The notes: generated by a model from the letters alone, not told the origin. DNA of 62,327 bases, filler included, from Globobulimina sp. (GCA_003354225.1; 37 parts of 37 records of this genome joined end to end with filler, not necessarily neighbours in it); one strand, 5' to 3'. Positions 48,941 through 61,699 are shown, numbered from the whole stretch's first letter. Program-made: numbers and translations.

Positions 48941-48971
48941 CTTGATCTTAGCCAAAAGGCCGAGAAGGTAT
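48941..48971 (-). ncRNA. U2 snRNA 5' end (cut by contig edge)
   Basis: Reverse complement ATACCTTCTCGGCCTTTTGGCTAAGATCAAG matches the conserved U2 5' sequence just before the branch-site recognition region. Confidence 0.92.
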
Positions 48972-49201
48972 GAAAAAAAATGATATTCAAAACAAATGTG
49001 ACAAACAAGTAAATACAATCAAACAAACATGTACAAATAGTGCACTAAATACACACACATAATTTATTTTATCCATCGGAATTATGATAAATTAATTACA
49101 TCAATCTATTTATTCACCAGTACTAAACATGCATGCAAACATCTGATGTTTTTCGGGGATAAAATCCATTTTTCAAACAAAATGCATGCAAATATTACAA
49201 G

Positions 49202-50122
49202 TTACAAGTTTGATGGTATTTTACTTTTAGTCCTTGAAGTGTCCAAGACATACAATCCCATAGTTTTTTGATCGATTTTTTTGAACATTCTAACAGTTGT
49301 AGCTGGTCTATATTTCTTAAGTGCTGCGATATGGGCCTCAATACCTCCCAACTTTACAAAATGTAAAAATCCATTAAAATGCGAAGGTCCCGCCATAAAT
49401 TCAACTCTGCGGTTCCTTTGACCAGCTTCATTCCATGGATAATTTGGACCAATCCAATCTAAAACAACAATGAATCGACAAACACGCGATAATTCACACA
49501 ATATATTCATCGGCACTCTTTTTGGCATTTCATGTAAAACCAATGAACAAAAACCAATATCAATTTCATTACATTTAAACTGTGATAATACAGAAGCATC
49601 TTGGCATAAAAAATGTAGTTTTGATAAATCCATTAAATTGCCATTGTTTAAAATCTCTTTATCTTGTTTTTGTTTTGCATATTGAATGAATGATGGCGAT
49701 AAGTCAACGCCATATACTTTATCAACATCTTTTTGTTGAGCCAAACGAAATGTTACTCCACCAATTGAACAGCCTGCGTCCAAACATGTTAATTTTAACT
49801 TTCCTGCTCCCGTTTTCCTAAGAAATGGCATTAAATGTTTTTTTAATGATAAATGTATCACATAATCATATAAATTGGCCATCATCGTATCGGCTAATTC
49901 TTGGTATTCTGCTGCTTGAATTGCAAAATCTTGTGGAGGAATAACTGCTGTTCTATTTTCATCCGGAATGAGATCATTTGGCGATACTTCCCTGGCTTCA
50001 TTATAATATTTATAGAATTCCAATAATTTCTGATCAGCTTTAATCTCTTCTTGTAATTGAGTCAATGCTTTTTGTTTACCTCGCAGCGCCTTTTCCAGTG
50101 CATCAACACCACATAAGGCCAT
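49202..50122 (-). CDS. Class I SAM-dependent methyltransferase
   Basis: CLDAGCSIG, YGVDLSP, QDAS, SLVLHEMP. Confidence 0.88.
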   Translation of the reverse strand: MALCGVDALEKALRGKQKALTQLQEEIKADQKLLEFYKYYNEAREVSPNDLIPDENRTAVIPPQDFAIQAAEYQELADTMMANLYDYVIHLSLKKHLMPFLRKTGAGKLKLTCLDAGCSIGGVTFRLAQQKDVDKVYGVDLSPSFIQYAKQKQDKEILNNGNLMDLSKLHFLCQDASVLSQFKCNEIDIGFCSLVLHEMPKRVPMNILCELSRVCRFIVVLDWIGPNYPWNEAGQRNRRVEFMAGPSHFNGFLHFVKLGGIEAHIAALKKYRPATTVRMFKKIDQKTMGLYVLDTSRTKSKIPSNL

Positions 50123-50761
50123 TTAGAATAATTAAAATGAAAGCTAGTTCAACTTTAAAATACAAAACCGCAGAAATGCGGTCTAGAAACGAAAAAACAC
50201 AAACAATCTTCTAAAACCTGTGATAAATCATTATTTTGCATCATTTTTATTTAAATCTACACCTTCAATCTCCACAATCGATCCAGGAATATCATTGTTA
50301 ACATTTACTATATCATTTTGTTCCTGTTTTATCTCATTATTTTCCTTGTTATCTTCAATAGTATTCAATTGTTGCTCATGTCCAGGAATTTCATTATGTT
50401 TTGGTGGAACCAATGCTAAGGTCTGATCATATTTAAATGTCCCATTGACAACATTTTGAATATGATCCAAAAGAGCCAATCTATCGTCAAAGTCATTAAT
50501 AACTAAAATCTCTATTAAAATATCTTNNNNNNNNNNNNNNNNNNNNNNNNNNNNNNNNNNNNNNNNNNNNTTAATTAATTAANNNNNNNNNNNNNNNNNN
50601 NNNNNNNNNNNNNNNNNNNNNNNNNNGTAATGTTTTGGAAATAACGATGGTAAGGTGTACCATGTGTTGTTTTCACAGAAATATTGATGTCATATATCTG
50701 AAGGACCTCTTTGGTGGCGGCTGCTTCGCTCTCTCTTGCTTTCTAACAGATATCCACACAT

Positions 50762-50987
50762 TTATTTAAGCCAACACGCTTTAACTTATTTTGAATTACG
50801 GGACATGTTTCTCAATTTTAAATTATGCAAAATTTGACAAGTCAAAACATGTTTACCATGCATGCATTAAATGGAATTAAATAGCGGTGCTGTCAAATAG
50901 GGACCAAACCCTTACAGCTTCAATATGTTTCTGTGTCAGATATTGTCCCGTAATTCAAAATAAGTTAAAGCGTGTTGGCTTAAATAA
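50762..50987. mobile_element. 226-bp MITE-like element, family C
   Basis: Perfect 44-bp inverted repeat, 50762-50805 / 50944-50987. Confidence 0.85.
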
Positions 50988-51022
50988 CAGTTAATAAAGT
51001 AACTGTTCATAAGTATTTTATT

Positions 51023-51104
51023 ATAGGTATTTTATTATAGGAAGTGTTTTAAAATACCTGTAAATAAATATCTATGATGCATATTCCTATAATAAAATAC
51101 CTAT
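51023..51104. repeat. 21-bp perfect inverted repeat
   Basis: ATAGGTATTTTATTATAGGAA / TTCCTATAATAAAATACCTAT with a 40-bp spacer. Confidence 0.75.
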
Positions 51105-51231
51105 GGAACGAATATCTCCGAATCGATACCAGTGGTTAAATACCTGTAATTTGCTAATATTTGCTATAATAACACTTTAAAAGCTGCAATTTAAAAGTTA
51201 CTGGCCATTTTCACTTTGCATCATTTTCACT

Positions 51232-52212
51232 TTGCATCAATTAGACAAAGAATTAAAAGGACAATTATTAAGTCAGAAACAAAGAGATAATTTATATAAA
51301 GCCATTGATACAAAAACAAGCAATAATATATATTCATCATATATCAAATGGTTACTCCAATATAAGAATAGCATTAAAAGTGAAACTTTACGAAAATTAT
51401 GTGGTGATTATGCTAGGATTTGTTGTAATTATGTTCCATTATTTAAAGTTTCACCATATCAAATTAATGATTTTATGATATCATTTTCATTGGAAAACTA
51501 TGAAAATATTAAATATAAATTAGTGGAGTTCGCTCCATATATTACAAAGATAATTGATGGTTTATTGGGTGAGAATTTTGTTGTGCCATCGTGTTTGATT
51601 GATCTCTTTAAAGACACAGCCAAGGAGTCAAAAACCTTAATTTCAGCATTAATCAAACAGAGAAAGACTGACTCACGAACACAAATTGAGCAACCAATAT
51701 TACCAAAAGCAGAACAAGCACACCAATCATTATTCACAACAGGTAATAAAACTGGCACTTGTTATGGTGGTTTAGTAAACGAAGACCCAGTAAAACATTA
51801 TCGCTTGAAATATGATTGGCCGTCTGAGAGAGACAAAAATGTTGAAGTAAAAGATGATGATGATGATGAGGATGAGGATGATCACCAATTGATTGGGAAT
51901 TGTGACAAACATTATATGACATTCAAAAAAATGTCAAATGGTATTGTTGTATTTCGGTGTTTACAACATTATGAAACATTTGGATACCATGTGATGAAAA
52001 CACCAGAATCAGTTAATGATTATTTTAGTGTTTTATGTATGTTATATCCTGGAGATACCGCTCCTGATCATTTTATTATGGACAACAGTTGCAATTTCCA
52101 ACCATATTGTTTTTATCGTGAACCAAATAAATTTAAATCAATGATGTGTTGGACAGATGAATTTCATGGTATCGCTGGCCATAAATGTGGTCCATTGTAT
52201 TCAGTATCATTA
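51232..52212 (+). CDS. KDZ (Kyakuja-Dileera-Zisupton) transposase-like protein, partial
   Basis: CDKHY..GIVVFRC.H..GYHVM...ES..D, P..FIMDNSC..YC..REP, DEFH...HKC pattern. Confidence 0.8.
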
Positions 52213-52647
52213 NNNNNNNNNNNNNNNNNNNNNNNNNNNNNNNNNNNNNNNNNNNNTTAATTAATTAANNNNNNNNNNNNNNNNNNNNNNNNNNNNNNNN
52301 NNNNNNNNNNNNCGGCGGACTGACGCTCAGATAGAGTTGCGATATAGTCTAACGGCGCACCGACGCAAAACAGTTTGAAACTAAACCGGAGATCCATACA
52401 TTAGTGCCCATGAAAACAAATACAAGTTTACTGTAAACAGGCCAAAAAGATATGACTTGCTTGCTTAAAGTTTATCTCGCATATATAAGACACACAAGAG
52501 AAGAGTACAATTACACTTACGTGCCCTTCAACAAGTACCCTTTTGACTAGAATACACAGTTACATTATTAAATTAATACCAGTACATATACATACTGTAA
52601 AAGCTATCTAGATTTGTCCACAAAATAATGCATACAGAACAACAAAA

Positions 52648-53898
52648 CTAAAAATGTAGCACTTCTAACAATGGCACAACATTATTACAAATACGGTCAT
52701 AGAACGCGTCACTTCTAATTAAAGTAATAAATTTGTTAAATTCAAACTGAGCTTCACTTTCGGTACAACAATTCCATAGACGAGCACATTGTTGTGCACA
52801 ACTCATTTTACTACGTTCCTTTTTGCAAATAGGTATGAATAACTGTTTCCCATGACTTCCACGAGTGTTCCTTTGATGTGTGGTATATGCAAGTGTTCCA
52901 GGTGGTAAATGTCGAACATTGTTTAGATATTTCCAAATTAGATTGAGGCGACTTTCCAACGCAAATCGAAAAAGTGGTTTCATTTTAGTCTGTTCGAGTA
53001 ATGTGTCATAATCCACATTGTAATTAAAGTTGTTTGTAATGAGGCGACATGCATACTTCTGCACTCTCTCCAATGCAATCATGTCCTTTTTGTGGTAGGG
53101 GTAAGTAACAGGGAATCCATATGTAAGAACAGGACGAATCAACATTGTATAAAGCATAGAGTAAATACCAGGAGGCACCGATCGACGCACAGTACGACAC
53201 AAACACCCTAGAGTCGATCTAGCCTTTGCCACAGTCTTCCTAACATGGTAAGAAAACGAGAGACAAGGGTCCAGCTCAACCCCAAGATATCTGAACCTAT
53301 CTACGCTCTCGATCCGTACCTCATTTAACAATGGTGCAGTCATAGAAACAGTATGTGGCGAGAGAGTAAAAACCATATGCCTTGTTTTAGTTATATTTAA
53401 TTTTAGTGAAATAGTTGTAAAGAAATCGGCTATGGCCTGTACATCCCTTTCCATTTCCACTTCAGCTACAGCACTATCGATTGGCTTTAAATAGACAAGG
53501 TCATCAGCATACAGTAGTATTTCACCTGTATCCGAGAGTTCAATGTCCTTTAACCCATTTACATAAGCAATAAACAGTAACGGTCCTAATATAGACCCCT
53601 GACCGATACCACTAAGTACTGTATGTAAACTCGATAGACTGTTTCTGACACGTATACTTTGAGTTCTGTTTGATAAATATGATTTCAATATGCATAACAA
53701 GTAATCGGGTACATTATATCTAACCTGTAAACATGTTAACATTCTATCATGCACACATTGATCAAATGCTCTTGCTACATCAAAAAATATTGAACACACT
53801 TTTGTTGGCAAGTTCTTTTTAACACATCTTTCAAATCCATTAGCAACCAAATGTTCAAAGTAGAACAATGCATCTGTAGTACTTCGTCCACGTAGGAA
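52648..53898 (-). mobile_element. Non-LTR retrotransposon (LINE, CR1/L2-like) reverse transcriptase, 3' part
   Basis: FFDVARAFD, GIGQGSILGPLLF, LYADD, RYLGV and LERVQ motifs in an intact frame. Confidence 0.93.
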
Positions 53899-54344
53899 NN
53901 NNNNNNNNNNNNNNNNNNNNNNNNNNNNNNNNNNNNNNNNNNTTAATTAATTAANNNNNNNNNNNNNNNNNNNNNNNNNNNNNNNNNNNNNNNNNNNNAA
54001 AATCACTTTCTATTTATATATAGTATGGAGCATGGAATTTATTTCCGTGTGGTAACGACGAAAAAGTGAGTTTGTAATGTTTGGATCCTATGTATTTTAT
54101 TTATATTTTAACATCATCTGTATATAGTTTATTTGCTATGGAAAACATACCTTGGGAAACTAAGCAAGCCATGATACAATATTAATTTTCGTTAACTTAC
54201 AGATTCTTTCTTTTCTTCTTTTTTTTCTTCTGCCATGCCAGTGATCTTCGAGAAATGCTTGAGATCAAATGAGACGTTTACTACTTCAAAACATTTTCAC
54301 TAAGTTGTTACATCAGTGTCCTTGACTTTAACCATATAAACATT

Positions 54345-55130
54345 GCATAAAATAATCAAATTATTACAGAATACATGGCATCGATCGATGTATGTTAGAA
54401 CCAACAAATAAAAACTATAAAAAGTCGGATTAATGGATTTAAGAAACATTATAAATCCAATAATTGAAACAAAAAATCAATGTACAAAAATGTATATAAA
54501 CCGTATAAACATTGAACAAAATAATCAAATCGTTACAGAATACATGGAATTAATCGATGTATTTTATAATCAACAAATAAAATATGTAAAAAGTCAGATA
54601 TTTCTCGTCCAAATGAACCGATTTTCCAATTGTATATATTTTGAATAAATTTGAATTTTCATGATTTATTTTAATTAAATTTGTCCTAAAATGACTTAAA
54701 TTAATCCTCTAAATTACGATTTTATTATTGCTTTAATTAAATGTGATTGGTTTGTGATAGAATATCGATATTCCAATTAATTGTATATCCATTTATTGAT
54801 TGAATTTATATTGATATAATTATAAAAATTGTATACATTCCATCGCATAAATTTGAATCCATTTTTTTCTTTTTGAGTGCATTTGAATTTGCATTACATG
54901 TTGAATATTGTTTCAATTTACCATCAAAATTACAATTTTCTTGTTATTTTGATTGAATCTCATTGGTCCATGATAGAATATTGATTTTTTAATTAATTTT
55001 ATATCAATTTATTGAATGAATGAATGAATGATTGTCCATTATATATTGAATATTGTTTCAATTTCTTATTATTTTTGATTAAATATCATTGGTTGATGCA
55101 ACATCGCATAAAATTTGAATCCATTTTTAC
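54345..55130. repeat. Degenerate AT-rich tandem duplications
   Basis: AAAATAATCAAAT..TTACAGAATACATGG near 54349 and 54518; CATCGCATAAA.TTTGAATCCATTTTT near 54841 and 55102; TTGAATATTGTTTCAATT near 54901 and 55046. Confidence 0.6.
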
Positions 55131-55845
55131 ATTCAAACCATAAGCGTTTCCAGATGACTTATATTGAGATCCGGAGGACTTTGCATTATGGATTGAGAAT
55201 TATGGTATCCATTTGCGACTTCATTATAGTTGTTGTTGGACCCATGGCCTGGTCATAAATGACCAAACCACTCAAAAAGTTTTAACACAAAATACATTTA
55301 AAATCACAATTAAAAGTAACACTTTGTATAGCACTCAAAAACAAAAATGGAAACTGATTCGTTTTTTGATTTTGCAGAAAAAAAGTTTACATGATTTCAT
55401 TTGCTGAATAAGCAAATATTTGCTGAATAATCAAATAATTCTTGCACTGACAAAAAAGCACAACACACCCAACAAACGGCGATGCAAATATTTAAAAACA
55501 ATACAATAACAAATACAAATACACATAAAACACAATAACAAAAAATATCACACAAAATAATAAAAATACTTTACAATAGAAACANNNNNNNNNNNNNNNN
55601 NNNNNNNNNNNNNNNNNNNNNNNNNNNNTTAATTAATTAANNNNNNNNNNNNNNNNNNNNNNNNNNNNNNNNNNNNNNNNNNNNTACAGTGCGTGTTTGT
55701 TTGTTTTTGTATGATTGATTTAAAAGTGAGATCAGCAACGTTTCTGCCCTTATTTATTTGTTGTCGGAGCTTTTAATGCAAGTCAAGGACAAAATCATTC
55801 ATTTACGCTGGTTTTAATCTAAAAAGTATCATTTCCGCATTGTGC

Positions 55846-56820
55846 TTATTTCCGCATTGTCAACAGAAAGAAAGGAAAAATAGCCATCATTTTAGTTTGT
55901 TTGTATATCTCCATGTCCTTTTTATAAACCTCATGTAAATGATTCATAGGATCTCCAGTATCACCATATTTCAATCCATTTTGTGTTAAGTATGTTTGAT
56001 ATGCGCTCATCGATTGGAAATAACCAAATAATTCTTGTTCATTCATAAATATGTTTTCAAAAAAGAAATTCCGTTCCAATGAAGTTTCATCAAATAAATC
56101 ATTACCAACAAACATTGAATTATCATTAAATCCAAAGTCTAATAACTTTCTATCAACATTCCAATAACAATGCTTGCCCTCAATACCAAAGTTATAAGTT
56201 CCAAGTGTATTGACATAAAATTTACCAAATTCTTCTTGGAATTTCTCGTATTGTTCAAAACGTGGTGTACCATAACCCAACACAGCAAATAATCCATTTC
56301 CATCTCCTTTTATTATTCGTTTAATTTCCTGTAATAATTTTGGAATATTAAACCAATGTAAACCTTGAGCGATTGTGACTAAATCAACAGAATTATCATC
56401 CAAACATAAATTATTTTCAATATCTGCCAATTTATATTGTATGTTACTGTTATTTGCGTGTTGTAATGCTTTATCTAATTGATTTTGCGATGTATCCACA
56501 CCAATAACTCTATTAAAACCAAATCCAAATTCACCATTCGTTGTTGCTGCAACATTCAATGCCTTTGAAAGAGTGTATGTTAATTGACCACCACCGCACG
56601 CAATGTCAACGGCTAAGCTACGTTTTGATTTTTGAATTGCTATTTTTTCATTTAAAGCGTCTAACATTGTCAATGGATATTTTGGACGATATAATCTATA
56701 AAATTCTGATTGTCCTTCATAACCAAAATAATCTGTTGTGCCACCAGCTGTTGAATAACTGGCATTTGTATAGAATGGGCTGTGTGTAGTTGCACGATGG
56801 ACATGTTTTGCTAGCTTCAT
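55846..56820 (-). CDS. Class I SAM-dependent methyltransferase (type 11-like)
   Basis: YRPKYP, AVDIACGGGQ, IGVDTS, VDLVTIAQGLHWF. Confidence 0.9.
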   Translation of the reverse strand: MKLAKHVHRATTHSPFYTNASYSTAGGTTDYFGYEGQSEFYRLYRPKYPLTMLDALNEKIAIQKSKRSLAVDIACGGGQLTYTLSKALNVAATTNGEFGFGFNRVIGVDTSQNQLDKALQHANNSNIQYKLADIENNLCLDDNSVDLVTIAQGLHWFNIPKLLQEIKRIIKGDGNGLFAVLGYGTPRFEQYEKFQEEFGKFYVNTLGTYNFGIEGKHCYWNVDRKLLDFGFNDNSMFVGNDLFDETSLERNFFFENIFMNEQELFGYFQSMSAYQTYLTQNGLKYGDTGDPMNHLHEVYKKDMEIYKQTKMMAIFPFFLLTMRK

Positions 56821-56852
56821 TTTGATGATATAAAAAAAAAACTCTTGCCATA

Positions 56853-57270
56853 ATGGATAAGTTGAACAAAGAATTGGAAAATAATAAATGCAAATTAGAC
56901 GCAATAAATGAAATGCTTGAAAATACTAAGAAATTCCAAATCAACTTACAAGAAGCAATAAGACCACTAATGGAATTAATGCAAAGTATCCTGATGGAAT
57001 ATACAAATGTTCGCTTTCAACAATATTTGAACTGTATGCGAGATGTTAAAAATGTGTGGAAATCTACAGGTGCTCAGTTATTGCAGTTAAAAAAATCCAA
57101 ACCGAATGGTTCACATTTATTGCAACAAATAATTAAGAACGAAGCGGAGCAAATTATACAAATAGATGATGAAAACGTTGATGATGAAGCGACAAAAAAC
57201 CAACTTATTGAATTCTGCAGCAACAATATCAAAATGAAATCATTCCTACAGCAATTATACGGCGTTGTGT
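56853..57270 (+). CDS. Coiled-coil hypothetical protein, partial
   Basis: Heptad-rich open frame running to the contig edge. Confidence 0.45.
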
Positions 57271-57370
57271 NNNNNNNNNNNNNNNNNNNNNNNNNNNNNN
57301 NNNNNNNNNNNNNNTTAATTAATTAANNNNNNNNNNNNNNNNNNNNNNNNNNNNNNNNNNNNNNNNNNNN

Positions 57371-58956
57371 AGCATTAATCAATGTCTTTAATATTTGATT
57401 ATCTTGCTTCAATTTGGTATTATTTCTCATTTCAATTAAAATTTCTTTTGCTTTTATATGATTCCCATTGCGTCCATGTGCTTTGATCAATGCATTCCAA
57501 ATCTTTATTTCTGTCAAATATTTATCATATTGATATGTTTTAACATCATTAAATATTTTATCACAAACATCCAACATTGAACATTTTCCATAAAAATTAA
57601 TTAAATTTATTTGAATCGACGTATCATTTAACAAATGTTTTATGTTTTCATCCTGTTGCAAATTTAAATGAATTTGCTGTCCAAAACGCAACATTGTTGA
57701 TTGAGTGCATGCTTTAAGCACAACTGCGTAGGATATCATACTTGGCGTTAAATGGTGCAATTTATTATGCATAGTTTCAAATAACTCAATACATTCCTTA
57801 TTCATATCACTGACGCAATATGCGTTCATCATGGCATTCATGCTTTCAATTTCTTTCTTTTCATCGCTAATTCCATTGAAAAGTTGCAGCGATTTCCGAA
57901 AGTCTCCAAAAGTTCCGTAAAAATCAATCAATGTATTTGTTAGTTCAATGCTTTGTGCCTTACTTTTATATATTATATCTTTATGAATTTCCTGCCCTCT
58001 GCTAAAATCATCATCATTTAGACAAGCTTTTATCGCCATAACATGACAAATATTATCATTCAATGCATCAAACATTTCATACAATTCCAGTGCTTTATTA
58101 TTAAATCCATTTTTAATGTAAACATTCATCATAGCACCAATAGTGATGATATCTTTATTTTTATCAGTAATTGAATTAAAAATCGATTGCGCTTCATCAA
58201 TATCTCCAAAATCTCCATAAAACTCAATCATGGCAGTTTTGGTGGCCATATTTATATTGTTTCGAACCTGTGTAGTAATTATATATTTACCTTTATCCCA
58301 CTTCTTTAAATTTGTGCAGGCTTTTATCGCATACAAATGTGAAATATCATCATTTAATTCCACGAATTTATCATAAAATGCCAATGCGTTGCTACTATTT
58401 CCAGTATTTATTAAGCTTTTAATCATTACATTGACAGTTGATGATGTTTTATTATTTCTATTTACTGAATCAAAGAGTTTTAATGCATGCACAATATCAC
58501 CACAACTGCCATAAAAATCAATCAGTGTATTCGCAAGATGTGTATTTATCATTTTCTTCTTCTGTTTCTTCATTATATTCGAATGAATTTCTTTTCCTTT
58601 ATCCCAATGCTTTAAATGAGTACAACTTTTAATGGCTAAAATATTTGAAATATCATCAATGAATGAATGAAAACTATCGTATAACAATAATGCATTATGA
58701 TGCATGTTGTTATTCACATATACTTTCATCAAACTGTTAACTGTGACAATGTTTATTTTATTCGGTTTTTTTTCAACCAAATTGAATATATTTTGTGCGT
58801 TTGTAATATCTCCAAAGTGCCCATAAAAATCAATTTGCGCATTTAAGAATTCAATACTATGTTGATTTAAATTTGAATGTGTTGATCTAAGAATTTCTTT
58901 TCCTTTCACAAAATTGTTACAATTTATTGTTGCTTTGAGCGCCAACAAATCAATAA
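57371..58956 (-). CDS. Pentatricopeptide-repeat (PPR) protein, internal fragment
   Basis: Recurrent NTLIDFYG..GD...A..LF / xNAMMNAY / AIKAC triplets (PLS-like periodicity). Confidence 0.92.
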
Positions 58957-59056
58957 NNNNNNNNNNNNNNNNNNNNNNNNNNNNNNNNNNNNNNNNNNNN
59001 TTAATTAATTAANNNNNNNNNNNNNNNNNNNNNNNNNNNNNNNNNNNNNNNNNNNN

Positions 59057-60318
59057 AAAACGATCTCGTGATCACCGCAGTGACCAAGAAAAATGTAAAC
59101 GCAAATTTAGTGTATCATTTTCTATATCAATTAACCGATGTGTTCTCGTCTTATTTTGAGGGAGATTTTACCGAAGACAAAATCCGAAGTAATTTCGTAT
59201 TGGTTTATGAATTATTTGATGAAGTTATGGACCATGGATACCCACAAATTGTTGATGCCGGCTTATTGCAACAGTTTATCCATCACGGCAAAGCCAGCAA
59301 AAAATCAAAATTAACTGCTTTGGAGGTATGTGCGTTGCGACTAAACCACGCAAATTCGCAGTAATATATAATATATATATACATAGGAAGCGCGACAACA
59401 AAAGGAAATCTTAGGCAAAGTGACCGGAGCCACTCCATGGCGACAGCCCGGCACTTATAATTACGCGAAAAATGAAGTCTATTTAGACGTGATCGAGAAT
59501 GTAAACGTAATCATCAACCAACAAAATAAAGTTTTGAGCTCTTTCTGCAAAGGAAAGATTGCAATGAAATCGTCATTATCAGGAATGTAATCGATTTGTA
59601 CTATATTTGAGTCCATATAATTGTGAATTTGCACTGCTTAGGAATGCCGATCTGCCGTTTTGGTTTAAACGACAAAGTGGCGATGCAAAAAAGGAGAGAC
59701 GCGCGGGGCAGCAAAAAAAAAGTGTCTGCCAAGTCGGGCATTGATTTGCAAGACGTGACCTTCCATCAATGCGTCCGTCTAAACCGCTACGATCAGGACA
59801 AGACCATAATGTTTATACCGCCCGACGGTGAGTATGATTTAATGACTTATCGCATCAACAAAACCAATTTGCCCTTTGATGTGTCGTCGATGATCAGTGA
59901 GCGCGGCAGGAATCGCGTCGAGTATCATGTTAAAGTGAAGGCGCGGTACGAACCGTATAACGTGGCGCAGGATATCTGCATCAATGTGCCGGTGCCGTCC
60001 AACACGGCCAAAGTGAATGTCAAAACCACCGGAGGGAAATGTCAGTATCAGCCCACAAAATCTGTCATCGAGTGGACGGTGCCAAAGTTGGCCGGCGGAC
60101 AGGCCATTATTTTGAAAGGAGACGTGGCTTTGACGCATTTGATCAAAGACAAGCAATGGAGTCGGCCTCCCATCTCGATGCAGTTTACGATTCCAATGTG
60201 GCCGGCGTCCGGCATCAAAGTGAGGTTTTTAAACGTCCAGGAACCGAAAATGAATTATAAATCGATTAAGTGGGTCAGGTATATTACGCATGCGGGAGAC
60301 TATCAAATACGGATTTAA
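59057..60318 (+). CDS. Adaptor complex mu subunit (AP-2 mu-like), introns 59326-59386 and 59583-59641, 5'-truncated
   Basis: NFVLVYELFDEVMDHGYPQ, KNEVYLDV, SGMP.CRFGLNDK, DVTFHQCV, FIPPDGE, WSRPPISMQF, KWVRYIT. Confidence 0.93.
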
Positions 60319-60759
60319 TCATTTTGCTTGTGTTTGTATTTTATTTTAATTTTTGTCTTTTTGTTTGTTTGTTATTTCAGTTTCTTTTCATTTTTTAATT
60401 TGTCGCCGATAATCGATTTCATTTCTTGCTAAATTGGTATTCCCGGCTTACACGGATAAAGAATTTATTAGCTCCTCACATTTTGAAATCTTTTATGTTG
60501 ATGAGCGGTCTTAAGATGAATTCAAACAACACAGAGAAGAAAGCAATTGACTTTTTAGGTTCACACTTCTTTTGTGATTGGCGAGAGTGGTTTTCAACTT
60601 TGAATAAACAAACAAAGTTTTCTAACTTGTTAACCTCTGAACNNNNNNNNNNNNNNNNNNNNNNNNNNNNNNNNNNNNNNNNNNNNTTAATTAATTAANN
60701 NNNNNNNNNNNNNNNNNNNNNNNNNNNNNNNNNNNNNNNNNNTCACATCGGATAGCAAA

Positions 60760-61500
60760 TTGGTGGCAGTAAAATCTGTCATAAAGCAAAACAGCAGAAA
60801 AAGAATGAGCGAATACGGGAACAGCTCATCAGCAGCCACCACAAATGCAACAACAACGTACAGTTCCACACAGTTTGCAACCACCGATTCAATAAAAATC
60901 AGGAATAACAGCTGTTTATATTATAATTTAGTCACCGAAATAGAAACTGACGATCCTGATGTCACCGAAATAGATACTGATCAGCCTGATGATACTGATC
61001 AGCCTGATGATACAAAATCAAATTCAAAATCAACTGCTGCTGTATATATACCTTGGGTGATAGCTGCTGTACCTTGGGTAATTTGCTGTACCGTGGGTGG
61101 ATGTTTTTGTGTTTTTAAATATCGCCGGAAATGTGTTGCAAATGATAATGCACCAAATGTGTATCCCGTTGCACCACCACAACCAGCACCAAATGACTCG
61201 GATTTTTATCCAACGAAAGCAATACGATCCGGACATGCACATAATACTGTTAATAATATGAATAATATGAATGTAAAAAGAACAGTGCCAAATGTTAATG
61301 ATGAGAGCATTGAAATGATTGGCAAACAGCCAACCTTATCGTATTCGGCAATGAATTGTGTCATTTGTTTGGATGTTTTATTGGATAATGAATCGTTAAA
61401 ATTGCGCTGTGGTCATAAGTTTCATACACATTGCATTGAAGAGTATAATGAAACAAATAAACTATGTCCATTGTGTAGAAAGGAAATTGTATTTAATTGA
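60760..61500 (+). CDS. Transmembrane RING-H2 ubiquitin ligase-like protein, partial
   Basis: Short acidic tandem repeats, a TM helix, and C-terminal CVICLD...CGHKFHTHCI...CPLCR. Confidence 0.85.
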   Translation: MVAVKSVIKQNSRKRMSEYGNSSSAATTNATTTYSSTQFATTDSIKIRNNSCLYYNLVTEIETDDPDVTEIDTDQPDDTDQPDDTKSNSKSTAAVYIPWVIAAVPWVICCTVGGCFCVFKYRRKCVANDNAPNVYPVAPPQPAPNDSDFYPTKAIRSGHAHNTVNNMNNMNVKRTVPNVNDESIEMIGKQPTLSYSAMNCVICLDVLLDNESLKLRCGHKFHTHCIEEYNETNKLCPLCRKEIVFN

Positions 61501-61699
61501 GTATTAATATTAATGTCAATGCACACTAATTGGCTCATTGTATGTATTCAAAAGTAAAATATACAATAAATTGATGTTAATTCTTGCAAATCCTTCAAAT
61601 GTTAAGCCGTTCAGTAGTAAACAAAAAGTTTCAAGGTTAGTTGGATCTGGTCTCGACGAGGAGAGGGCACTCTATGCACAGCATTTAACATTATCTGCA

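Noticed and set aside
50762-50987. The 44-bp IR as the termini of the KDZ transposon
   Set aside because: Both arms lie upstream of the ORF and enclose only 138 bp, so they cannot bound the transposase.
52648-53898. RT as a retron, DGR or group II intron system
   Set aside because: The motif set and C-terminal region are typical of non-LTR LINEs; no ncRNA, template repeat or accessory gene is seen.
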